A stretch of 34,002 nucleotides of DNA from a virus. Its lineage: Duplodnaviria; Heunggongvirae; Uroviricota; Caudoviricetes. Below the pieces are notes generated by a model. The model was given only the letters and a program-made list of their open reading frames with translations, had not been told where the DNA came from and did no database searches. How positions within the stretch are numbered: the first letter of the stretch is position 1; each line of letters begins with the position of its first letter. The DNA lies in IMG/VR virus record IMGVR_UViG_2623620506_000009, positions 1-34,002 of that record. One strand, given 5' to 3'. Shown piece by piece: positions 18,307 to 26,556 of this stretch. The position numbers were made by a program, and so were the translations under genes.

Positions 18307-18520
18307 GTCAGTCTCCGTCGTTTGGGGTTACCGACGGTCAGTATGCGGAAGGCAGAAAAAAAGCCGGATTTACCGGCTTCACTGAAAACGGGAAGAACAC
18401 CCCCTTCAAAACCCCTTCAAAAACGCCACAGCACCTTCAAAAAAGTCAGAATGCACATTCACGCCATCAGAATAAAAAACGCGTTTCTGATGCGTTTCAG
18501 GGGGATTTACGGCGGGAGGG
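18307..18520 (-). promoter_or_regulatory. repeat-rich central intergenic region (candidate late promoter and strong-gyrase-site equivalent)
   Basis: 214-nt noncoding gap between F-like and I-like genes, near the prophage midpoint; three CCTTCAAAA direct repeats (18403, 18414, 18434), GCGTTTC direct repeat, AAACGCGTTT palindrome, plus the terminator hairpin. Confidence 0.35.
18356..18381 (-). terminator. rho-independent terminator after the F-like gene
   Basis: Minus-strand transcript reads TGAAGCCGG-TAAAT-CCGGCTTTTTTT: GC-rich stem plus U7 tract; 26 bp identical to the terminator after mor. Confidence 0.6.
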
Positions 18521-19285
18521 TTACTCACTGTCAAAACGGGCCTGTTTTGTCGCCAGCTGGCGCGCCAGCTCCTGCTCACGGTTTATGCCGGGATTGTAGT
18601 TCCAGCCCGGATCAATCCCTTCCGGCACCTCTTCCTCTTCGCCCGTGCGTTTGTTCACCCAGCGGACAGTTCTGATTTCCGGCGCTTCGGTGTGAATGGT
18701 GCCCTGTGCCGCCAGTTGCGCATATTCACCACGGCTGACCTGACGGATGGTGCATTTACAGCCCCAGCCGTTAGGGGCGAAATGCGTCTGCCAGAACGGG
18801 TGGTCTACAGGCAGACACAGACGCGCCCATTTCACATGCTCCGCCCGGTGCTCGCGGGATGGCCCCAGCTCGTAAATCAGATACGGCATGGCCCGCTTTG
18901 TCCGTTGAATGCGTTCCCACTGGCCCGTCGCGCGGGCAGTGCGCATGTTGGTATCGTAAATCGTGCGGAGGCGGCGGTCGCTGCCCAGCTGTACGGTTCG
19001 GGTTTCGCCCGTCAGCGGATCATCCATCTCCTGTACGCCCCACCATCCGCGTTTTATCAGCAGCGGTTGCAGCGCCTCCCGGAACTCGCTGAACGTCTGC
19101 CCGCTTTGCAGGGCGTCTTCCACAAGGGCTTTCACATCCGACAACAAATCCAGTTGCAGCATTTTTGCCACGGTGAAGCTGTTCCGGTGCTCTTCCCGCC
19201 ACACATCCCGGTAATCAAAACCGGGGCGCAGCTTCTTCGCCTTCAGCCACGCCAGCGCCTCTTTCGGGATGAGAGTTTCACGCAT
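18521..19285 (-). CDS. head morphogenesis protein (Mu F-like)
   Basis: ATG at 19285 (track ORF extends to 19342); 254 aa; directly downstream of portal, overlapping its stop. Confidence 0.85.
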   Translation of the reverse strand: MRETLIPKEALAWLKAKKLRPGFDYRDVWREEHRNSFTVAKMLQLDLLSDVKALVEDALQSGQTFSEFREALQPLLIKRGWWGVQEMDDPLTGETRTVQLGSDRRLRTIYDTNMRTARATGQWERIQRTKRAMPYLIYELGPSREHRAEHVKWARLCLPVDHPFWQTHFAPNGWGCKCTIRQVSRGEYAQLAAQGTIHTEAPEIRTVRWVNKRTGEEEEVPEGIDPGWNYNPGINREQELARQLATKQARFDSE

Positions 19286-20849
19286 GACCGGTGTCCCCCA
19301 GCGTACGCGCCTTAAAGCACACCTCCGCCAGTTGCAGGGCAAAGTCGTCCGCGTTCAGCGTTTCCTGAAGCTCAGGCAGGCGTTTCAGAAAGTCATCAAA
19401 ACTGTCGCATTCCTGCGCCAGTGTCAGCACCGGGTTCGTGAACGCCTCACCGGTTTTCTGCCAGTCACGCAGGGCATCATCCACCATCTGTGCCAGTTCA
19501 TCGGGGTGTTCCCGGTTCAGGGCGACGCGCTCGCGGTTCATCGCCATATCACCTGACATTCCGGCAGAAACCGGATGCAGAACATCAGCCCCTTCGTCCG
19601 GTTCAGCCAGGCCGAACCGGTCCCGCAGTTCCGATTCCTGAACCCGCATCCCCCGGTCAATCAGCGGCACCAGAGCATCTGTCAGCGCCTTCAGATCTTC
19701 CGCTTCACTGATACGCAGAACAACACGGGGATAGTGTTCCTGTGGCCCGTAGTTGGCCTCGATGTAGGGGCGCACCAGATATTCATTCAGCGTGTTAGCC
19801 AGCTGCCGCGCGTCCCAGCGCACAATGTCCATGCGCACCTGATTGTGCACGTCCGCCTGTGAGCGCGAACTGCCGTTATCCGTGGTCATGGTCTGCCCCA
19901 GCACGGCCTTACTGATTTGCGCATCACACCATTCCGCCATTTCACGAAACAGTGCGCCGCCGTTATTCCGGCTGGCGGTTTCCTGCATCTCCAGTTGCAT
20001 GGACTGCGGAATGGCACACCCGGCATCCGAGGCAATGGACGCAATCGCATCAATCAGCACGCGGATTTGTTCCTCCGTGGCGTTGGGACCGTATTTCCCC
20101 ACCGTGACCGGAATGCCGAATTTTTCCGCAAATGCCCACCAGTCGCGCACGGTATAGGATTTCAGCATGTACATTACCGCCACCAGACGGGCCAGACCGT
20201 TACGCAGCGGCAGACCGGATTTCAGACGCGGCTGGTGAACAATGAATTTTCCCGGTGTCAGCGGTACGCCATCCACAGGTTCATCGTCCGTCAGCAGACG
20301 AAACTGGCGCAGCGTGGGCTTTTCGGCTTTCAGAAAACGGGGATCAACCCACTCATAATCACGGGGCATCCAGTGGTTGTTGCGGGTGTCCCACAGGATT
20401 TCACAGACCGCCACGCCTTTTCCCAGCCCGTCGAGCAAATCAAACATCAGCTCAGGGATTTGCGGGGCTTCCATCAGCGCACGGATGGCGTCCGCCAGTT
20501 GCACGTCAGCATCGTCATCACTGGCGGCCACCACCACCGGTTCGATACCCGCCACCGTCAGCTTGCGGGTGCGCAGCACCGAGGCGTAATGCAAATCGCG
20601 TTCTTCCATCTCTTCAGCAAGGATAAAAAAATCACGCGTGATGCCGTCGGCGGCATTGCGCAGAATGCCTGCCAGCCTGCCGGGGTTCAGCCCGGAGGCG
20701 ACGCTGATACCCGGCGAGGCCGAACGCACACCGGAATGACGCGGACGGGCCTGTGCTTCGTTGAGCGCCTCTTTTTTCAGCGTGCCTTCCTCACCGGTTG
20801 CCGGGTTCAGCAGACGGCGAACGGCCCCGGCCAGTTGTTTCAGGTTCAC
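19278..20849 (-). CDS. portal protein (Mu gp29/H-like)
   Basis: 523 aa; GTG start overlapping terminase stop (GTGA); no in-frame ATG for about 80 codons; size and position typical of Mu-type portal. Confidence 0.9.
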   Translation of the reverse strand: MNLKQLAGAVRRLLNPATGEEGTLKKEALNEAQARPRHSGVRSASPGISVASGLNPGRLAGILRNAADGITRDFFILAEEMEERDLHYASVLRTRKLTVAGIEPVVVAASDDDADVQLADAIRALMEAPQIPELMFDLLDGLGKGVAVCEILWDTRNNHWMPRDYEWVDPRFLKAEKPTLRQFRLLTDDEPVDGVPLTPGKFIVHQPRLKSGLPLRNGLARLVAVMYMLKSYTVRDWWAFAEKFGIPVTVGKYGPNATEEQIRVLIDAIASIASDAGCAIPQSMQLEMQETASRNNGGALFREMAEWCDAQISKAVLGQTMTTDNGSSRSQADVHNQVRMDIVRWDARQLANTLNEYLVRPYIEANYGPQEHYPRVVLRISEAEDLKALTDALVPLIDRGMRVQESELRDRFGLAEPDEGADVLHPVSAGMSGDMAMNRERVALNREHPDELAQMVDDALRDWQKTGEAFTNPVLTLAQECDSFDDFLKRLPELQETLNADDFALQLAEVCFKARTLGDTGHA

Positions 20850-22381
20850 AGTAAACCTCCCTCATTTTTCAGGCCGCGCGTCAGCTTCATCTGGCGGCGC
20901 GCGTTGCGTTCTTCCGGTTTCGCCGGGCGGTTCAGGCGGTGCAGTTCGTAACGGTGGCAGTCATCTTTACTGGCAAGGAAGCCCAGGAAAATGGCCACAG
21001 CGGCGTCGCCGTGACGTTTGTGACCGTCGCTGCCTCTGGTTCGTGAATCATCAATGCCGGGAACGCCACGCAGTAACTGAATGGCCCCGAGGTCATTGAT
21101 CACGTCTTCATGCTTCGGAAGGATCAGCTCATCATCTTCAAACGCCGCACGGAAACGGGGCATGTTTTCGCGGTAGAACGCCACGGACAGCATCACCTGT
21201 TCCACTTCGTCGCCGTACCGCTCCGCCGCCTGTTCTGCCAGATACTGACCATTCCCCCGCGCATCCATTTTGATGCCGTCACGACGGGGCAGACGATCGC
21301 AAAGCCAGAACAGCACCTGCTCCTGCTGTTTAAACGGCACATTGCCAAGCTCAACCAGGAACGGCACCTCGCGGGTGGTGTCATCGTTCACCGTCACCGG
21401 GGCCAGTACGGTCAGGTCACCCGAACGCGCAAAGTCTTCCCCCAGACAGTGGCGCAGGTTCTTCGGGAGTTTTTCCAGTTCAGGGCGCACCACTGTTTCC
21501 AGCCATTCCCGGATATCTGCCCGGCGCTGGCTTTCCGTCAGTGCGTTAAATTCCGGTGTGCCGGTAAAGCGCAACACTTTCCCGGTGCCACGGGCCGCAC
21601 GTTCACGCAGTGAGCGGGGGATATACGTGCCGCCGCCGTTTTTCGGGACGCAGTAATATTCTTCCAGTGCGTCTTCGCGGGTGGCGGTATTTCGCAGCAG
21701 ACCTTCTTTCCATTCCGCTTCGGCTTCCGGTGACCACACCATGCCGCGCACCTGACAGATACGCCGGTACAGCCCGTCATTGCAGGCGTCATCCAGCGTG
21801 ATGGTGTGAATGCTGTAATCTTTTTTGCCCGCGCGGCTTTCCTGAATCAGCTGGTTAAACAGGTTGTCCACGCCGTCATGGGTGGAAATAAGGCGAATTT
21901 TGCCGCCCCATGTTTTCAGCGGCAGCACCGCCTTCAGCAGCTCGTCCAGTTTTTCATGGAACGCGGCCTCGTCGATGGTGACATTCCCCTGCATCCCGCG
22001 AATGTTGCTCGGGTTGCTGGACAGTGCCTTGACCTTAAAACCGCTGGCGAAGTACACGACGAACGTCAGAATGTCCTTGTCTTCGTCGGTGATCACTTCC
22101 TCGCAGATTTCTTCCGCTGCCGCATTAAACGCCTTCGCCCACATCGCCACGGCGTCGATAAATTCGCGGGCCATCTCCTTATTCGAACCGATATAAAAGT
22201 GATCGCGCCCGCCGTCTTCCTTCTTCAGTGATGCCGTCAGTGCTGCATCCGCCGCTTCCGCCCAGGTTAAACCGGTACGGCGGGATTTCTCGGCAATTTT
22301 CAGGTCGGCATCATCCGCCACCCAGCGTTTCTGATACGGCAGCAGAACATCATATTCACTGAACGTATCCATCTGTGTCAT
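20846..22381 (-). CDS. terminase large subunit (Mu gp28-like)
   Basis: 511 aa; ATGA overlap with upstream gp27-like gene; size and position. Confidence 0.9.
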   Translation of the reverse strand: MTQMDTFSEYDVLLPYQKRWVADDADLKIAEKSRRTGLTWAEAADAALTASLKKEDGGRDHFYIGSNKEMAREFIDAVAMWAKAFNAAAEEICEEVITDEDKDILTFVVYFASGFKVKALSSNPSNIRGMQGNVTIDEAAFHEKLDELLKAVLPLKTWGGKIRLISTHDGVDNLFNQLIQESRAGKKDYSIHTITLDDACNDGLYRRICQVRGMVWSPEAEAEWKEGLLRNTATREDALEEYYCVPKNGGGTYIPRSLRERAARGTGKVLRFTGTPEFNALTESQRRADIREWLETVVRPELEKLPKNLRHCLGEDFARSGDLTVLAPVTVNDDTTREVPFLVELGNVPFKQQEQVLFWLCDRLPRRDGIKMDARGNGQYLAEQAAERYGDEVEQVMLSVAFYRENMPRFRAAFEDDELILPKHEDVINDLGAIQLLRGVPGIDDSRTRGSDGHKRHGDAAVAIFLGFLASKDDCHRYELHRLNRPAKPEERNARRQMKLTRGLKNEGGLL

Positions 22382-22959
22382 GCGCTAATCCCCAGAATGT
22401 CTCGTTTGATGGTGTCAGCCGCACCGCCTGACAGACCGCCCGTTCTGACCAGTTCTTCGGTTTTCTCTGCCATCTCCTGCGCAAACGCATCACGGATCGC
22501 TTTCTCGCGTTTATGGCTAGTCATGGCTGCCGCTTCCAGACGCTGGGCAACCAGCGCCAGTTGCCCCAGCGCCTTCGGTGCAATGGGTTTGTCGTCTTCT
22601 GCCATCGACATGGACGTTTCAAAGGCCAGCGTTTTTACAAACTCCATCAGCAGCTTGCCGACGTCTGATGTTGGCGCGGAACCCAGCTTTGCCGCCCAGA
22701 CTTCGGCCATTTCGCGGGAGGCACGGATTTTTGCCCCGACTTTTTCCATGCGGATGGCGTAGCGGTTTAAGCCCGTCCGGCTTAACTGCATCTCTTCCGG
22801 CAGGTTGTGTTCGTCAATCAGGGCATTGATGGCTTCGCGGATTTCTTCCTGCGTGTGTCGCTTTTCCCGCAGCATCTGATGCAACTGCTCCCGGATACTG
22901 TCCGGGAGTAAATCCACTTTGGAAAGACGACCACGGGTGGGACGTTGTTCATTTTCCAT
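22378..22959 (-). CDS. putative terminase small subunit (Mu gp27, DUF3486-like)
   Basis: ATG at 22959 with AGGAG SD (track start 22980 is GTG); 193 aa MENEQRPTRGRLSKVDLLPDSIREQL...; immediately upstream of terminase large subunit. Confidence 0.75.
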   Translation of the reverse strand: MENEQRPTRGRLSKVDLLPDSIREQLHQMLREKRHTQEEIREAINALIDEHNLPEEMQLSRTGLNRYAIRMEKVGAKIRASREMAEVWAAKLGSAPTSDVGKLLMEFVKTLAFETSMSMAEDDKPIAPKALGQLALVAQRLEAAAMTSHKREKAIRDAFAQEMAEKTEELVRTGGLSGGAADTIKRDILGISA

Positions 22960-23096
22960 GTGTGCGCTCCTGTTGCTCACTACGCTGTAAACTTTCGTAT
23001 GCAGATTTCAGTGCGCCGTTCTGGATTTCCTGCCATGTCAGGTTGTGCGCCAGACGGCGGAGTTCATCACGGGACGCTTTACTTATCGGATTCTTT

Positions 23097-23396
23097 TTAC
23101 GGTTCACGACAGCCCCCGTCTTCAGTTCCCGGTGTTTTCAGACCGGCGTATATTTCTTCGCGAACGGAGCGGATATCCTTACCCAGCAGCTTCCACAGCC
23201 GCGCACATGCCGGTGATGAACGCAGGGCACGTTTCATGGGGGTATCCAGTGCATCCGGGTTCCAGGGCTTTCCTGTATGTTTTTCGTATGCACGGACAAT
23301 GGCGTTTTGCTCGATATCTGCCAGCACAAGGCAGTACGCCAGCTGCCGCACGACGGCCCGTTCTCCGCGACTTAACGGCTTCAGTTTTCGGGCCAT
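23097..23396 (-). CDS. hypothetical protein (99 aa)
   Basis: ATG 23396 with GAGGGA SD, 2 nt after upstream stop; basic protein; no family recognised by eye. Confidence 0.5.
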   Translation of the reverse strand: MARKLKPLSRGERAVVRQLAYCLVLADIEQNAIVRAYEKHTGKPWNPDALDTPMKRALRSSPACARLWKLLGKDIRSVREEIYAGLKTPGTEDGGCREP

Positions 23397-23398
23397 GC

Positions 23399-23692
23399 TC
23401 AGTCCCTCGCACGGGGTTTTTTAACGCCCGGAACGCTGGACAGGCCGTTTGCCACATCCTCGCCGCTGCCGGTGATTTCAGCCACGTAACAGCCGCCCAC
23501 ATCAGACAGACGAACCAGCCCCTGCTCGCGCAGCCATGCAAGCTGGGTGCGCACCACATCACGGGATACCTTATGACCGTAGGCCTGAAGGCAGGTCTGC
23601 AACACGGATTCATTCGCGCTGTCGCCACAATCCAGCAGGGAACGCAGCAACACCAGACGACGGTCTTCAGTGAGGATCTCTTTCATCGCCAT
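23399..23692 (-). CDS. hypothetical protein, possible winged-helix fold (97 aa)
   Basis: ATG 23692 overlapping upstream stop (TAATG), AAGGA SD; LTEDRRLVLLRSLLD...VRTQLAWLREQGLV suggests a winged helix; function unknown. Confidence 0.5.
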   Translation of the reverse strand: MAMKEILTEDRRLVLLRSLLDCGDSANESVLQTCLQAYGHKVSRDVVRTQLAWLREQGLVRLSDVGGCYVAEITGSGEDVANGLSSVPGVKKPRARD

Positions 23693-23985
23693 TAATTTTT
23701 TTCCTTTAACTCGTTCTCTAATAACAAATCGCTGATGCGGGATACCTGGCGGATGGATGGCCCCAGTTCTTTGATTTCTCCCCGCAGATTGCTGATATCC
23801 AGTTGCAGGCGGTGGAACTCATCACGGTCGGGTAAATGGTGTACCTGGCTTTCCATCACCGACACGCGGGAACGGAGTGAATCAAACTCTTCGCGTTTGA
23901 CGTAGGTCTTTGCCAGAATCAACTGAAGCAGGTTTATTCCTGTCATCAGCAATGCCCACAGAATGGGCCAGTTGGCTCTGATCAT
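23692..23985 (-). CDS. small membrane/coiled-coil protein (Mu gp25, DUF2730-like)
   Basis: ATG 23985 (ATGA overlap with TraR-like stop); N-terminal hydrophobic helix WPILWALLMTGINLLQLIL then coiled-coil region. Confidence 0.55.
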   Translation of the reverse strand: MIRANWPILWALLMTGINLLQLILAKTYVKREEFDSLRSRVSVMESQVHHLPDRDEFHRLQLDISNLRGEIKELGPSIRQVSRISDLLLENELKEKN

Positions 23986-24209
23986 TTCCCAGGACACGTT
24001 TTCCTCCTGCGTTCCCGCATCTGCTGACAGTCAATACAGGTCACCACATCCGGCAGCGCCGCAAGGCGCTGTGCCGGAATAACGTTCCCGCAGTCATTGC
24101 AGAAGCCCCAGCTGTGGGGCGTTTCTTTTGTCCGTGTCTGCCAGGCTTTAACGACGCTCTGACGCTCGTTCAGAACCACTTCACTGATGCGATCGATTTC
24201 GTCGGTCAT
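23982..24209 (-). CDS. TraR/DksA-family C4 zinc-finger protein
   Basis: 75 aa; CNDCGNVIPAQRLAALPDVVTCIDCQ = CxxC-(17)-CxxC spacing typical of TraR/DksA zinc fingers; ATGA overlap with upstream gene. Confidence 0.75.
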   Translation of the reverse strand: MTDEIDRISEVVLNERQSVVKAWQTRTKETPHSWGFCNDCGNVIPAQRLAALPDVVTCIDCQQMRERRRKTCPGK

Positions 24210-24814
24210 TTCGGCCCCGCAGACATTTTGTGACGGCTTGATTTGCTGTAACGGGCAAAGCCGTCAAGGGTTCTTACACCGAGATAGCCCAGCGCCGGGG
24301 TAAGCAACATCAGCGTGATATCCCAGTCCGGTGATGGCATATGCAGCGTGATACCTCTGGCACCGGCAATGGCTCCGGCAATCTGGCCGCAGGAGAGCAA
24401 CAGCACATAGGCCAGACTGCTGTAACAGGAAAGGCGGGCCAGCAGCGGGCGTGTCTGGCGCACATAGCTGTCCGTGGCGTTGTCACCATTGCGGATGGTT
24501 TCCTGCTGTTCGTGGTGTGCGGCCTGCTGGTCAGCCAGCACCAGCTTCTGCCGTTCCACCTCCAGCTGTTGCAGCTGAATTTTCAGGGTTTCCAGTTGCA
24601 CCAGTTGCTCCGGTGACAGCATCACCAGTTTTTGTTCCAGAATGCGTTGCTGTTCAGCAACGGGAAGGCTTTCCCGGACACTTTCCACCATACCGGCCAC
24701 CGAGTCAGCGGCGGCAGATGTACTGCCACCAAACCAGCGCCCGACGGAACGAATCAGCCCCGGCCCAGCTTTCAGCAGAACAGAGGCGATGCCTGAAAGG
24801 GTTAACGGGTCCAT
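24206..24814 (-). CDS. lysis-associated membrane protein (holin-like; coiled-coil N-terminal half, hydrophobic C-terminal helices)
   Basis: 202 aa; Gln/Leu-rich coiled coil then hydrophobic stretches CYSSLAYVLLLSCGQIAGAIAGA and ITLMLLTPALGYLGV; in the lysis cassette. Confidence 0.5.
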   Translation of the reverse strand: MDPLTLSGIASVLLKAGPGLIRSVGRWFGGSTSAAADSVAGMVESVRESLPVAEQQRILEQKLVMLSPEQLVQLETLKIQLQQLEVERQKLVLADQQAAHHEQQETIRNGDNATDSYVRQTRPLLARLSCYSSLAYVLLLSCGQIAGAIAGARGITLHMPSPDWDITLMLLTPALGYLGVRTLDGFARYSKSSRHKMSAGPK

Positions 24815-25212
24815 GAATCCCCCTTATGAAAACGGCGCTGGTGTTTATAAAGCGCCGCGCAGCAGACACCGCCCAGCAAAAATGCCAGTTGATAAAGCTC
24901 TTTAAGAAAAAAGATGCTGAACACCAACATGAAATACCCGACGAACCAGACCACCCATGACCACACGACAATACGGCGAGAGGCTGGTCGATAGCGTCTT
25001 TTTGGTAGCAAGCGATAAGGCACATTGCCCAGTTGAAAGCTGTGAATCAGGCAGAGTGTCGCGCCATATGCCAACACCATGACCGCAAACGCCCGCCATC
25101 CGGCAAAACAGCTCGCCAGAAAAAGCACTGCCGACAGCCCCAGAAACGACCACGTGGACAACATAAAGCGGGAGTACATAACGCGATAAAAAAGACTATT
25201 CATTCTGTGCAT
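24802..25212 (-). CDS. polytopic inner-membrane protein (136 aa, about 4 predicted TM helices)
   Basis: ATG at 25212 with AAGGA SD; track ORF extends to GTG 25383 but the extension is Trp/Cys/Arg-rich and looks non-coding; strongly hydrophobic helices. Confidence 0.55.
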   Translation of the reverse strand: MHRMNSLFYRVMYSRFMLSTWSFLGLSAVLFLASCFAGWRAFAVMVLAYGATLCLIHSFQLGNVPYRLLPKRRYRPASRRIVVWSWVVWFVGYFMLVFSIFFLKELYQLAFLLGGVCCAALYKHQRRFHKGDSWTR

Positions 25213-25423
25213 TGAGTTTTTCCTTGTACTTCTGGCACTGCCAGAAAACGTCCCGTGTATCCACGGAGTTCCAGCCACGCATGTAGTAGCTGGCGTGTGT
25301 GCCGTCATGGCCGGTATAGTCCAGCGGTTTCGGGGGCGGACCTCCGGCCATGCGGTGCAGAACCTCCTGACGCAGGCGGTCACGCCGCCCGGCTTTCAGT
25401 GAGGCATCCCAGCCTTTGCCCAT
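25196..25423 (-). CDS. small basic hypothetical protein (75 aa)
   Basis: ATG 25423, 2 nt after the endolysin stop; fills the gap before the membrane protein gene; protein-like composition; no TM. Confidence 0.4.
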   Translation of the reverse strand: MGKGWDASLKAGRRDRLRQEVLHRMAGGPPPKPLDYTGHDGTHASYYMRGWNSVDTRDVFWQCQKYKEKLNAQNE

Positions 25424-25424
25424 A

Positions 25425-26021
25425 TCACCCCCGCGTGGCGGACATGATGCCCAGAGGGGTATCGATGATTTCCAGACAGGCGTCGGTCAGCTTTTCCATG
25501 CGGTTAAACCAGCCGTTCAGGTATTTGCCCTGGGCGGGTTTTGATTTGATGATGTCGGCATAAAAGCGGGAGCGACGGACAATACAGCGGGCCAGCAGCC
25601 AGTCAGGGGTGGACTGGCTCACGGCCTTGCGGGTACGCGGCCCGATGATGCCGTCAGCATCCACATCAGCGGCTTCCTGCAAAAGTTTGATAGCCTTTTT
25701 AACGCCATGCTGAACCGCCGCATCAAACACAAAAAGCGCCACGCCATCAGGCCACTGGTCACATCCGGCAGGCAGCCAGTAATCACGCAGGTAAATCTGT
25801 GCGGCCTGTTCGCGGGTTAAATCTTTGATGCGGGTATCCGGTTTACCGTCACCGTTGACATCGGTTTTGCCGTCAATCACACCGTCGCGGCGGTCAGAAA
25901 CGCCGTATTTGGTTTCGCCGCCACGGTCAGTGGAGTCATTGACATAGACGCCTTCGATATCGGGACGCAGAATGAAATTCAGCGCATGCTCAAAGGCCGG
26001 GGAGAATTTTTGATTTTCCAT
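25425..26021 (-). CDS. endolysin, glycoside hydrolase family 108 with C-terminal peptidoglycan-binding domain
   Basis: 198 aa; GH108 hallmarks GGETKYGV, YLRDYW, DGIIGPRTR; C-terminal NGWFNRMEKL region typical of the PG-binding module; AGGTG SD; first gene after the mor terminator. Confidence 0.85.
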   Translation of the reverse strand: MENQKFSPAFEHALNFILRPDIEGVYVNDSTDRGGETKYGVSDRRDGVIDGKTDVNGDGKPDTRIKDLTREQAAQIYLRDYWLPAGCDQWPDGVALFVFDAAVQHGVKKAIKLLQEAADVDADGIIGPRTRKAVSQSTPDWLLARCIVRRSRFYADIIKSKPAQGKYLNGWFNRMEKLTDACLEIIDTPLGIMSATRG

Positions 26022-26076
26022 AAAAACACCTGTGAAGCAGAGTTAAACGTGGTCTGCTTCATGGTGCCGGAGGCAT

Positions 26077-26102
26077 AAAAAAAGCCGGATTTACCGGCTT
26101 CA
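26077..26102 (-). terminator. rho-independent terminator of the early operon, directly after mor
   Basis: Minus-strand transcript TGAAGCCGG-TAAAT-CCGGCTTTTTTT begins 5 nt after the mor stop codon; identical 26 bp to 18356-18381. Confidence 0.65.
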
Positions 26103-26106
26103 TTGA

Positions 26107-26556
26107 TTAAGGGCGTCGTGGCGGACGACGAACGGGGTGAGGCAGGTTCGGGGAGGGGTAAAACAAATCCGGCTGGTATTTATTGCGCTCCAGACGTCGC
26201 ATCCGTTTGATGGCCTTGTAGACGGTTTTATACGTCACTCCGTAACGCTGAACCAGTTCAGGAATATTATGGCCGTTAAAATCACGCCAGATACGCATAT
26301 CCCGGACAAGATTCTCCAGAATATTCCCCCTCGGAACATAAACCTGCATCCCGCCGATATGGCGACAAATCGCCACAACCAGCTCAAGGGAATGAGCAGG
26401 GTCTGCGCCAATCCGGGCCAGCTCTTTACGCAGCAGTGCGTTCAGTTCAGAAAGTAACGCCGGATAAGCGGTGTTTTCCTGGTAATCATGAAGATATTCC
26501 AGAACGCTGTCGTCCCGGAGGTCTTCGAATAAATCCTGCTCTTTCATCTGTTTCAT
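26107..26556 (-). CDS. mor: Mor/C-family transcriptional activator (middle operon regulator Mor by synteny)
   Basis: 149 aa; conserved Mor core PALLSELNALLRKELARIGADPAHSLELVVAICRHIGGMQVYVPRG and C-terminal HTH YGVTYKTVYKAIKRMRRL; ATGA-coupled to gemA; followed by terminator. Confidence 0.85.
   Translation of the reverse strand: MKQMKEQDLFEDLRDDSVLEYLHDYQENTAYPALLSELNALLRKELARIGADPAHSLELVVAICRHIGGMQVYVPRGNILENLVRDMRIWRDFNGHNIPELVQRYGVTYKTVYKAIKRMRRLERNKYQPDLFYPSPNLPHPVRRPPRRP

Noticed and set aside
17632-18675. Long plus-strand ORFs (e.g. 17632-18675 347 aa; 19917-20951 344 aa; 13499-14146 215 aa; 2773-3590) that could look like extra genes
   Set aside because: All lie antisense to well-supported minus-strand phage genes; translations are Arg/Cys/His/Ser-rich low-complexity strings typical of out-of-frame GC-rich DNA; no SD or gene-like spacing.
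24802-25383. Track ORFs with long N-terminal extensions from GTG/TTG starts (24802-25383, 5738-6847, 22378-22980, 956-1576, 29558-29875, 27464-27742, 33068-33331, 26553-27149)
   Set aside because: In each case an internal ATG with a good SD sits just downstream of the preceding gene's stop and the extension is not protein-like; the shorter ATG-initiated genes were annotated instead.
25196-25423. Whether the 75-aa ORF after the endolysin is an Rz/Rz1-type spanin
   Set aside because: It has no TM segment or lipobox and is highly basic; kept as a low-confidence hypothetical CDS only.
26107-26556. Considered that this Mor/C-family ORF might be the late activator C and not Mor
   Set aside because: It is translationally coupled to gemA inside the early operon and followed by the early terminator, which is the Mor position; kept as mor while flagging that no separate C is visible.
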